A stretch of 64,000 nucleotides of DNA from Snowella sp. (GTDB lineage: Bacteria > Cyanobacteriota > Cyanobacteriia > Cyanobacteriales > Microcystaceae). The notes below the pieces were generated by a model. The model did no database searches. It was not told the origin of the DNA and saw nothing but the letters and a program-made list of their open reading frames with translations. This document shows, one piece after another, positions 20,420-29,701 of the stretch. The stretch covers positions 1 through 64,000 of the forward strand of contig JAYKGY010000043.1 of the NCBI GenBank assembly GCA_035285545.1, in the 5' to 3' direction. The first letter of the stretch is position 1. Each line of letters begins with the position of its first letter. The translations under genes and the position numbers were made by a program.

Positions 20420-21109
20420 ATGTCTTCCCCCTTGCCTCCGCTCCCCATTCTGAAAGACCAAAAGCTGTGGTTACAAGCCTTAACCCATCGTTCCTTCGCC
20501 AATGAAAATCCGGGCAATGACCATAATGAACGGCTGGAGTTTTTAGGAGATGCCATTTTAGGATTTGTGGTGGGAGAATTTTTGTTTCAACGCTATCCCC
20601 ATTTTGCAGAAGCCGAATTAACCCGATTGCGCTCTAAATTAGTGGATGAAGTCCAACTCGCGAAATTTGCTCAAGCCTTTAATCTGGGTGAACTGATTCG
20701 GGTGGGCAGGGGAGCGAAAAAAAGCGGGGAACAGTATAAACCCTCGTTATTGAGTGATACCTTTGAGGCCATTATAGGGGCGTATTTTTTAGATGCGGGG
20801 TTAGAGCCTGTCCGTCAATTTATCCACGCACTCTTGTTTTATGCCCTAGAACAAACCCCAGCAACGACAACACCAAGCTTTAAAAGCCAATTAATTGACG
20901 TAAAAAACCAACTCCAGCAGTGGGCTTTAGCCGAATTTGGCGAATTACCAACCTATTTTTTAATCGATGCAACGGGGCCTGATCATGCGCGGGAATTTAC
21001 TGTTGGGGTGAGTATTCAGGGCAAACTCTACGGTGAAGGAAAAGGCCATAGTAAACAATCCGCCAGTAAAGCCGCAGCGATCGCGGCCTTGGAAAAAATT
21101 TCTCCCTAG
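20420..21109 (+). CDS. rnc: Ribonuclease III
   Basis: ALTHRS, NERLEFLGDAIL, DTFEAIIGA, dsRBD (GPDH..EF, G.G.SK..A...AA). Confidence 0.95.
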   Translation: MSSPLPPLPILKDQKLWLQALTHRSFANENPGNDHNERLEFLGDAILGFVVGEFLFQRYPHFAEAELTRLRSKLVDEVQLAKFAQAFNLGELIRVGRGAKKSGEQYKPSLLSDTFEAIIGAYFLDAGLEPVRQFIHALLFYALEQTPATTTPSFKSQLIDVKNQLQQWALAEFGELPTYFLIDATGPDHAREFTVGVSIQGKLYGEGKGHSKQSASKAAAIAALEKISP

Positions 21110-24100
21110 CCTTGGCCCTTATCTTGGAATGTTGCGGTTAAATGCTCTTCAATCAGCGTAACCAATTGTTTCATTCGGATGGGCTTACTGACATAATCAT
21201 TCATTCCGGCTTCTAGGCAGCGATCGCGATCCCCTGGCATGGCCAAAGCGGTTAAGGCAATAATGGGAATCTGAGCCAATTCGGAATTGAGACGAATGCG
21301 ACGGGTGGCTTCTAGTCCATCCACAATCGGCATCTGTATATCCATCAGAATTAAATGGGGTTTCTTTTCCTGGGCCAAGGCGATCGCTTCCTCCCCATTG
21401 GTGGCACAGACGAGACGATAACCTTTATGTTCTAAGTAACTGGTAATTGTGTGGGTATTATTACTATTATCTTCCGCTAACAGAATCAACACCGACTCCA
21501 GGGATGAAGTGAGGGAAACGGTTTCTGGCGGCATTCCTGTCACGGTTGATAGGGTGGGCGTTTTGTTAACGGGCAGGTAAGGCAAATACACCGTAAAACA
21601 ACTCCCTTGACCGACTTCACTTTCCACCGTAACGTGTCCACCATGCAATTGAACGAGGCGTTTAACGAGGGATAGACCTAATCCGGTTCCTTCGTATTGA
21701 CGGGCTAAGCGACTATCAATTTGCACAAAGGATTGAAAAAGTTTTGACTTATCTTGTTCGGCAATGCCAATCCCTGTATCGCTGATGGCAAAGTTTAATA
21801 AAGGCTGGGGGGATTGGGAATCTAACTGAACGGTGAGGCTGACCTGCCCCCCATTGGGGGTGAATTTAACCGCATTATTGAGTAAATTAATTAAAATTTG
21901 GCGTAAACGACGCTCATCTGCCACAAAATTCGGAATATTTTTGGGAATCGAAAAATGGAGTTGAATCTGCTTTTTAAAGGCTTGTTGTTGAATAAACTTG
22001 AGACTGGCTTCACACAGATTGGTTAAGGAGACGGGGCCTTTGTCCAGTTCTAATTTGCCCGCTTCGATTTTAGACAGATCCAGAATGTCATTAATAAGGG
22101 AGAGTAGATGTTGTCCACTGGCTTCGATGGATTTAATGGGTTTTAATTGTTTTTCGGTGAGGGGGCCAAAGCAATTTTCCTGTAAGGCTTCAGAAAAGCC
22201 CAAGATAGAATTTAAGGGGGTTCGTAGCTCATGGCTCATACTGGCTAAAAATTCATCTTTTAAGCGGGTTGCTTGGGTTAATTTGGCATTAATTTCTTCG
22301 AGTTGTTGATAACTTTCCCTGAGTTCCTGTTCCGTTTTTTTGCGATCGCTGATATCCTGCACCATGGCCACAAAGAAATCCACAGTCCCATCGGATTTAC
22401 GTAAACATTGCACCGAAATTTGGGCATAGATAATATGGCCGTCCTTATGAATAAATCGTTTATCCATTTCATAGCCATCAATTTTACCCACTAACACCCG
22501 ATTAAAATTCGCTAAATCAGCCGCTAGATCGTCAGGATAGGTCATTTCTGGCCAGGTTAAGTTTCGCAATTCTTCAGAAGAATAGCCTAAAATTTGCGAC
22601 AATCGCTGATTAGTATCCAACCAACCCTGTTCTAAGGACGTAATCGCCATACCAATCAAAGATTGCTCAAAATAGCGTCGGAAGCGTTCCTCACTCAAAC
22701 GCAGGGCCGTTTCCATTTGCTGACGCTCGGTAATATCCTGAATCAGGGCTAAAATATTAACCCGTCCCCCCGATCCCAACATTTTGGCGGTTGAAATCGA
22801 AAAAATGCGTTTTTGGCCATCGGCTCGGACAATTTCCCAATTCTCTCCCTGTAAATTCTCGCCTTGATGAATCTGTCTCATTCGCTCGATGGCTTGTTGG
22901 TGTTGCGCCGGATCGGGGTGGAGGCATTCATACCAATTTTTACGGTTAATTTCTTCCAAGGTATAGCCCGTCAAGGCGACCATTTTGGGATTCCAAATGG
23001 TGAACTCTGCAAAGGGTGCCGTGGGGATTTTGTGATAAACACATAGCCCCTCCGTCATATTTTCCAAAATCTGCCAACGTTCCTCACTGGCTTGTAAGGC
23101 TTGGGTTCGTTCTTGAACTTGCTCTGCTAACTCCTCATTCAGGCGTTGTAGGGCGCGCTGGGTTTGTTTGCGCTCGGTAATATCTCGGCTGATACACACT
23201 AAGACACTTTCATCCCGCCAGTGCATAGCACAGGAACTGATCTCGACATCCAGAATCGATCCGTCTTTACGGCGATGCTTCGTTTCAAAGAGCGCGCTGC
23301 TACGGGGTAATAAATATTTCAAGCGTTCTAATAGTTCGGACTTGGTATATTCGGCATCCCAATCAGCTACATTCAACCCCCGAATTTCTTCCCCGTCATA
23401 GCCCAACATATTGGCAAAGGTGACATTGAAATCAATCAGTTTGCCGTGAATATCTAGGGTATGAATGCCGTCGGTTGAGGCGTTGAAGAGGGCTTCTTGT
23501 CTTAAAACCTCTTGTTCTAAGGTCAATTCCATTTGCTTGGTCTTGGTGATGTCGATAAAAACTACCATCACTTGGGCCACGCTTTTTCTTTCCCAAATGG
23601 GAATAAGTTGTACTTGATAGTAAACGGAAGAACCTTGTAAATAAACAACTTCTCCCGTGTCGGTAATAGGCTGACCCATTTGAAATACGGACTGGATATT
23701 TTCCTGTCTGCGCTGTCTGAGGTGAACGGGAATAAAGTCATAAAAACATTGGTTAATTAGGGCTTCTGGGGGATAGTTATCAAAACTCCGATTGACAAAA
23801 CTAATGGTTCCGTTTGGATCAACGATGAAGATGATATTGGCTGAATTTTCGACAAAGGCTTGCCACTTTGAGTTGGCTTGTCGGAGTTCCAGTTCCATCT
23901 TTTTTCGTTCTTCGATTTCCTGGGTTGCTCGCTCTAGGGCTAGGGATTGACGGATGGCGATCGCGATTTGATCGGCCAACTGTTGGAGTAAGGTAATTTC
24001 GGTTGCTTGCCAATCACGAGTTTGAGAACACTGATGAACGATTAATAAACCCCAAACGTAGGTGATGGAATGGGGGGCGGTGGGAGAGGAGGATTCGGTG

Positions 24101-25512
24101 ATCAGCAGGGAGGACGTGGTTTCAATATCGGCCACTAGGATGGGAACGACCAAATTCGCCTTGACTTCAAATTGCCTCAGTAAATTGCGGTGGCAGTCGG
24201 TTAAATTTGCAGTCTCAATATCCTTCGCAGTCCAAACCCAGCCTTGACGATAACGATAGGGCAACCCCCCTTGAAAACAGGTGTCCTGAATATTGCAGTG
24301 GATAGAGGCTGTCCAGCCGGCTTGAACTGATTCGGCAATCACTTGCCCACTGAGGTCGGGATCAAAGCGATAAATTAAAACGCGATCGGCTCGCAAAAAA
24401 GCCCGGATTTCGGTAACGGCAGTATCTAAAATGGTGCTGAGATCGATACTATTTCTAATTTTGAGGGCGAGTTCTGCTTTCAGTTGTTCGGTTTGGGCCT
24501 GGGTTTGGAGTTGCTGCGTCCTCACTTCGACCAAATTTTCTAATTGACAGTTGCGATCTTCTAGGAGGCGAATTTTTTCGAGTTCTAATTGATTGACTTT
24601 CTCCTGAAGATTGCCGATCAGCCCCACCATCTCCATCGGGTTGAGAGCTTGGAGTAGACTACTTTGGGTCACAATACCGACTAATTCTCCCCGATCCCCC
24701 GTTACGACCAGTCGTTGAATCCGCTTTTGCCGCATCATTTGGTAAGCCTGATCCAACAGTTCCTGGGTTGTGATCGTGACTAAGGGAGAACTCATCCCCC
24801 TGACCACCAGGGTTTGATTCAGATCGACTTCCAACGCCTGAAATTGGATGATGTCTTTTTCGGTCACAATGCCAATTGGCTTTGCGTAGGATTTTGAGTC
24901 CGCGTCTGTCGTGTTTATGGGATTGACGATTACGACACAACTCACCCGCGATCGCGCCATTAATTGGGCGACGGACAACATCGAATCGGTGGGTAAGGCT
25001 GTTACCATCTGGGATTGCATGACTTCCTCAACCGACCGTAATCGCAGGAGATCCACAAAGCGCAACACTTGACGCAGGGTATTGTGGGTAATACAGCCAA
25101 TGAGTTCTCCTTGATCATTTAAAATCGGCAAATGGCGAATTTTATGGCGTTGTAAGAGAGAGACGACCTGAAAAAAGTCGGGCAATTCCGATTGACGTAG
25201 ACTGATCACTGGATAACTCATCACACTCGCTACCGTCTGATCCGGGAGTTGCGACTTTCCGATGGCAATTAATTTGACGAGATCCCGCTCTGTGATAATC
25301 CCTATCAATTGCCCCTGTTCCATCACAAACAGGCATCCAGGAATAATTTGTAGTTCCGTTGAGTTGGGCATTAACTCGCAATAATTTCCCCTCGCTTGAG
25401 ACAGCATTCTGATCGCTTCGGTTAGGGGCATGTCGGGGCTGACCAATAAGAGCGGTTGGCGCGCGATCGCCTGTTCAAGATCAATGGGTTGATGATTGAG
25501 GAGGTTTAACAT
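21106..25512 (-). CDS. Hybrid sensor histidine kinase: 4 CBS - cyanobacteriochrome GAF (DXCF) - about 4 PAS - HisKA - HATPase - REC
   Basis: GIITERD/GIVTEKD CBS repeats; GAF DRVLIYRF...QDTCF...TDCH...VKANLVVPI...WGLLIVHQC; PAS ends DITERK/DISDRK; SHELRTPLN, NAVKFT, GTGLGL; REC LILMDIQMP. Confidence 0.92.
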   Translation of the reverse strand: MLNLLNHQPIDLEQAIARQPLLLVSPDMPLTEAIRMLSQARGNYCELMPNSTELQIIPGCLFVMEQGQLIGIITERDLVKLIAIGKSQLPDQTVASVMSYPVISLRQSELPDFFQVVSLLQRHKIRHLPILNDQGELIGCITHNTLRQVLRFVDLLRLRSVEEVMQSQMVTALPTDSMLSVAQLMARSRVSCVVIVNPINTTDADSKSYAKPIGIVTEKDIIQFQALEVDLNQTLVVRGMSSPLVTITTQELLDQAYQMMRQKRIQRLVVTGDRGELVGIVTQSSLLQALNPMEMVGLIGNLQEKVNQLELEKIRLLEDRNCQLENLVEVRTQQLQTQAQTEQLKAELALKIRNSIDLSTILDTAVTEIRAFLRADRVLIYRFDPDLSGQVIAESVQAGWTASIHCNIQDTCFQGGLPYRYRQGWVWTAKDIETANLTDCHRNLLRQFEVKANLVVPILVADIETTSSLLITESSSPTAPHSITYVWGLLIVHQCSQTRDWQATEITLLQQLADQIAIAIRQSLALERATQEIEERKKMELELRQANSKWQAFVENSANIIFIVDPNGTISFVNRSFDNYPPEALINQCFYDFIPVHLRQRRQENIQSVFQMGQPITDTGEVVYLQGSSVYYQVQLIPIWERKSVAQVMVVFIDITKTKQMELTLEQEVLRQEALFNASTDGIHTLDIHGKLIDFNVTFANMLGYDGEEIRGLNVADWDAEYTKSELLERLKYLLPRSSALFETKHRRKDGSILDVEISSCAMHWRDESVLVCISRDITERKQTQRALQRLNEELAEQVQERTQALQASEERWQILENMTEGLCVYHKIPTAPFAEFTIWNPKMVALTGYTLEEINRKNWYECLHPDPAQHQQAIERMRQIHQGENLQGENWEIVRADGQKRIFSISTAKMLGSGGRVNILALIQDITERQQMETALRLSEERFRRYFEQSLIGMAITSLEQGWLDTNQRLSQILGYSSEELRNLTWPEMTYPDDLAADLANFNRVLVGKIDGYEMDKRFIHKDGHIIYAQISVQCLRKSDGTVDFFVAMVQDISDRKKTEQELRESYQQLEEINAKLTQATRLKDEFLASMSHELRTPLNSILGFSEALQENCFGPLTEKQLKPIKSIEASGQHLLSLINDILDLSKIEAGKLELDKGPVSLTNLCEASLKFIQQQAFKKQIQLHFSIPKNIPNFVADERRLRQILINLLNNAVKFTPNGGQVSLTVQLDSQSPQPLLNFAISDTGIGIAEQDKSKLFQSFVQIDSRLARQYEGTGLGLSLVKRLVQLHGGHVTVESEVGQGSCFTVYLPYLPVNKTPTLSTVTGMPPETVSLTSSLESVLILLAEDNSNNTHTITSYLEHKGYRLVCATNGEEAIALAQEKKPHLILMDIQMPIVDGLEATRRIRLNSELAQIPIIALTALAMPGDRDRCLEAGMNDYVSKPIRMKQLVTLIEEHLTATFQDKGQG

Positions 25513-25655
25513 TGAGTAAGGGTTAACATGCTTTCAACGGAATAATCATAGGCGGATTGTACGGCGGGGATTCAATTAAAACTTTAAATTTAAATAAAAT
25601 ATTGATGAATTGATAGATTTCTCGGTTTAGCTCCATCAAGATAACGATTGAATTT

Positions 25656-26714
25656 TTAAATTTCCACAATAAAAATTGACCCATGGGGAACATTATCCTC
25701 CACTCGAATTTGACCGCCATGTGCTTCCACTGCCAATTTGCAAAACGTTAATCCTAAGCCGGTTTGTTCAACTTCTTTGAAGAGCTTGCCAATTTCAAAT
25801 TGATTAAAAATAATTTCCTTTAAATCATCCTGAATTCCGCAACCTTGGTCTAACACACTCACTCGAACTTGTTGATCAACAGGATACTCTAAACGAACAA
25901 TAATTTTTTGACCCGCTTCTGAAAACTTAATGGCATTGGATAATAAATTATCAAAAATGCGCTGAAAAAGATTTTTATCCACCGGAGTTAACTGTTTTTT
26001 GGGGGGAAGTTCAACCAGCAGTTTAAGACCGTAGTTATCTGCAATAAATTCAAATTCTTCAACAACCCGATTGATCATGTCACCTAAATCGACTTCCTGC
26101 ACTTCAATTAATAAGCAATTGGCCTCAAGTTTTGCTATCAGTAATAAACTATCAATCAAAGAAATAGACCGTTTTCCATTATTATAAATTTGCTCTATTT
26201 TGTGTTTTTGTTGTTCATTTAAGGGCGTTCTCTTTAAAACTTCCGTTGAGAGAATAATACTCGCCAAAGGATTGCGTAAATCATGAATAATCATATTAGA
26301 TAAATCCTGACGAACTTTTAACATCTCCTGGTCCGTATCATATTGTTTTTTTATTCGCAACATGGAACGAACTCTAGCCCGTAATTCCAAGGCATGTGCC
26401 GGTTTGCCAATAAAATCATCAGCCCCGGACTGTAAACAAAATGCCATATCTTCCTTAGAATCAAGAGCCGTGACCATAATAACTGGAATCCCTGTCCATT
26501 TTGGGTTTTCTTTAATACGACGACAAACTTCAAGACCATCCATTCCTGGCATCATGACATCTAGTAACACCACATCGATCGCTGTATTTTCTAATAACTC
26601 TAAAGCATGGGGGCCACTCGATGCATAATAAATATCATAGGACTCAAAAGCAAAGACACTTTCAAGCGTATCTAAGTTACTAGCATTATCATCAACGAGA
26701 AGAATAGCTGACAT
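25656..26714 (-). CDS. REC-HisKA-HATPase hybrid kinase with no sensor domain
   Basis: ILLVDD, LLDVMMP, IHDLRNPL, NLLSNAIKFS, DQGCGI, TGLGL. Confidence 0.9.
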   Translation of the reverse strand: MSAILLVDDNASNLDTLESVFAFESYDIYYASSGPHALELLENTAIDVVLLDVMMPGMDGLEVCRRIKENPKWTGIPVIMVTALDSKEDMAFCLQSGADDFIGKPAHALELRARVRSMLRIKKQYDTDQEMLKVRQDLSNMIIHDLRNPLASIILSTEVLKRTPLNEQQKHKIEQIYNNGKRSISLIDSLLLIAKLEANCLLIEVQEVDLGDMINRVVEEFEFIADNYGLKLLVELPPKKQLTPVDKNLFQRIFDNLLSNAIKFSEAGQKIIVRLEYPVDQQVRVSVLDQGCGIQDDLKEIIFNQFEIGKLFKEVEQTGLGLTFCKLAVEAHGGQIRVEDNVPHGSIFIVEI

Positions 26715-27078
26715 ACGGGGGCACCAAAAGCTCGATTTTTAAATAGTTTGGGGATTTAATCTTAATTGAAGCATATCATAAAATAAGGGGGAGATGCCTA
26801 GTTTGTTTAATAATTTTCTTAACGTAAACTCCGTATTTTGACTGATTGTTTGAATCAACATTACTGCCGCTTAAACTTTTTAGTTAAAAATACCTAATTG
26901 TTTGATTTAAAAAGTAATTTGACTTGAAGAATTGCCCTTGCTGTCATCTTTTCAGACGAAATCTACCTCAAGAACTGAAAAAAGACTGAATTCAATTCAG
27001 ACAAAATCAAAACAATTAAACTTTCTCTTGTGGTCACCATTAATTGATGTCCTGCTCTTCCTTATTAGAGGTGCCTTT

Positions 27079-27930
27079 ATGCAAAATTCCCATTACACCA
27101 TTAGAACCATGACCCGTGAAATGATCCCGATAGCGATTGATTGGGCTGCTTTAGAAGGCTGGAATCCAGGGTTATATGACGCAGAGAGTTTTTATGCTGC
27201 TGATCCGATGGGCTTTTTTGTAGGGGAAGTGGCTGGAGAAGAGATTGCGACTATCTCTGCGGTGAAATATGGAGAAGGTTTTGGGTTTATTGGCTTTTAT
27301 ATCGTCAAGCCAGCCTATCGATCGCAAGGGTATGGCATACCCATTTGGAATGCAGCCCTCCGTTATTTAGCGGGGCGAAATATTGGCTTAGATGGGGTCG
27401 TTGCTCAACAGGAAAATTATCAAAAATCGGGCTTTAAATTGGCCTATCGCAATATTCGTTATCAAGGGTTAACTAGCAGTTATCCCCAAGGGCAATCTGC
27501 CATCGTTCCTTTATCCGAAGTTCCCTTTGCAGAAATCCTAGCCTATGACCGACCCTTGTTTCCTGAGCCGCGATCGCGCTTTTTGCAAGCCTGGCTCAAT
27601 CAACCGGAAAGTGTGGCATTAGGAATCGTCAATCAGGGGAAACTCGCCGGTTATGGCATGATCCGAGTGTGTCGGTCGGGTTATAAAATTGGCCCTCTGT
27701 TTGCCGATAACCCCGCTTTTGCCGAAGATCTCTTTCTCGCCCTGCAATCTCGCGTTAAACCAGGGCAACCTCTCTATTTAGATACGCCGGAAACTAACTC
27801 TGACGCGATCGCGATCACCCAAAAATATGATCTCCAAAGGGTATTTGAAACTGCACGGATGTACACCGGAAGTTTTCCCGATCTCGCGTTTCAGAAACTG
27901 TTTGGTGTAACCAGTTTTGAACTCGGTTAA
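27079..27930 (+). CDS. Tandem GNAT N-acetyltransferase (YitH-like)
   Basis: WAA.EGWNPG, FIGFYIV.P.YR.QGYG, GLDGV..QQ.NY, KIGPLFAD, FETARMY; ATG at 27079 with agagg RBS. Confidence 0.85.
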   Translation: MQNSHYTIRTMTREMIPIAIDWAALEGWNPGLYDAESFYAADPMGFFVGEVAGEEIATISAVKYGEGFGFIGFYIVKPAYRSQGYGIPIWNAALRYLAGRNIGLDGVVAQQENYQKSGFKLAYRNIRYQGLTSSYPQGQSAIVPLSEVPFAEILAYDRPLFPEPRSRFLQAWLNQPESVALGIVNQGKLAGYGMIRVCRSGYKIGPLFADNPAFAEDLFLALQSRVKPGQPLYLDTPETNSDAIAITQKYDLQRVFETARMYTGSFPDLAFQKLFGVTSFELG

Positions 27931-27990
27931 ATCCTTGGGATGATGGGGTTGACTATCTCAACCAGCTATCAGTAAACGGACAGGAAATTT

Positions 27991-28134
27991 GGCGGTGTTG
28001 CTGATTTAAAATATGTTTTGCTCCCTTAGCACCCAAAATTTTTGGGAAATGCTTAAAAGTCCTCCAGAATTGGGGGATTTAGAGGGCGATAAAAAATATT
28101 GTGATAGTAATTCATATCCTGATTAAGCAACGCG
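27991..28134. mobile_element. MITE-like element carrying a REP core
   Basis: Imperfect terminal inverted repeats gtgttgctgatttaaaatatg / catatcctgattaagcaacgc; ggaaattt direct repeat on both flanks; internal ccagaattgggggatttagagggc. Confidence 0.65.
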
Positions 28135-28140
28135 GGAAAT

Positions 28141-28593
28141 TTAGGGTTGTTTCAAATAGTCTTCTAATTGCCGAATCCGCTCGGTCGTTAGATTTTTAGC
28201 ACAACTGCTATAAATAGACGGTGCAATGGTTCCCCCTCGATATCGATTCGCCGCAAACCGACATTCACTATCTCGAAACTTAATCCAGGCCTTTTCTGCT
28301 TCTATTAACTCTTGGGTACTTTGGGGATCATCGGCAATTTTGGCTTTCACTTTTTTGTATATCTCATTTAAACGGAGGTCGGCGTTGTAGGCTGCTAGTC
28401 CCGCACAGAGATTTATCTCCATTTGGGTTTCGGGGGATTGGCAGTTCGGGGTAGTCGAGGAAGCCCATACGCTGTGTGTATCGATGCAACTCAGGTAAGA
28501 TCCCAACGCGATCGCCGACAGGGTTAACGTAAAAGTCGATTTAAACGGAGACTGAAACCTGGTCATTAATAAAGTAAGCATTCTGAGTTTCAT
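28141..28593 (-). CDS. Lysozyme inhibitor LprI (DUF1311) family exported protein
   Basis: C..P.TQ.EINLCA...AD.RLN..Y, L.EAEKAWIKFRD.EC, GGTIAP....C...LT.ERI..L; the start may lie a few codons downstream. Confidence 0.85.
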   Translation of the reverse strand: MKLRMLTLLMTRFQSPFKSTFTLTLSAIALGSYLSCIDTHSVWASSTTPNCQSPETQMEINLCAGLAAYNADLRLNEIYKKVKAKIADDPQSTQELIEAEKAWIKFRDSECRFAANRYRGGTIAPSIYSSCAKNLTTERIRQLEDYLKQP

Positions 28594-29701
28594 AAAGTTT
28601 TTATAATCCCCTAAGAATTTATACGGTTAATTAGCGACGATGGATTGATCCCTCGAACGGGTTTTCCCCTAACCTCTTCGAGAATCATCTTTGAAATCTC
28701 TGTAATATTTTATGTTAAATCACGGAGTAAGTAGTAAACCATTAATGCATTACCTAAGTATTTCCCCTGGCATGACAAATCAGGAGATCAATAAAACAGA
28801 ATTAAAATACCGTTTTTAATTGATAGATTTACGGATTTAGATCAATCAAGAAAAAATGCTGGGATAAAGTATAACGAATAAAGGCTTGATCACCTATCAC
28901 AAGAGCTTTATCAAGATTTCAAGATCTTTTTTTAAATCAAAATTAGTTGATATACTTATTATTTTAATCAAGTTTAAAACAGGGATAAATGATACTTCAT
29001 TAAAAAAAGATTAATTTTTCTTTGTTAAGTATCTTTCTAAATTTTCTTAAAGATTTTTGTCAAAATTGAGCTTCCTTCCCTAAAAGTCTATATACTCATC
29101 AGTAGAGTAAAAGAAAGAACTGAATACCCAATGGCACTCTCTTAAGCCAAATGTACATCTGTTATCCGCTTCTTAGGAACGAGTTACTTGTCAAGGAAAT
29201 TCAAGCGACTTCGATCAATTCCTGAAAAGAAAAATAGCTAACAGCCTAAGCATGATCTCTTGTGTTTCTGTCTTTACACAACTAGTGGTGATTCAGTGAC
29301 AGTTTCTCTGTGTTAGTCAATTTCTGGCTTCAGGTCTGTTCAGTAAAGTTGTTTGTTTTATCATCATAAGGAATTTGGAATTTTAGTTAAAAGCATTACT
29401 GAGTTGACCCTTCCCAGAATAGCGTGCTATCTCTCTTGAATTGTTCAGCGTTTCCATTTTAATTTTTTCAACCTATCTTGTTTGTTCTCTACTCCTAACT
29501 TAGTGGGGTAGGGCAGGGGGTGCCTGTGTCAAAACGAAAGAATAGAGCGAGCAAAAGTGTAATTTCTGCCTAAAAAAGAGAGGATATCTTTTTATAAACT
29601 TTGTTATTATTTGATGAATTTTTGTCAGGAAATTATTGAAATTCAATGACGTTTATTTTCTGAATTGATCATTATTTTGCAGGCTTGTTGTAGGGTGTGC
29701 T

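Noticed and set aside
26932..27078. 49-aa N-terminal extension of the GNAT protein
   Set aside because: TTG start in AT-rich intergenic DNA; an RBS-preceded ATG at 27079 begins the recognisable domain.
28885..29301. CRP (SyCRP1) boxes upstream of the che cluster
   Set aside because: Candidates such as tgtgat-aggtg-atcaag (minus strand) and ggtga-ttcag-tgaca have the wrong spacing for TGTGA-N6-TCACA.
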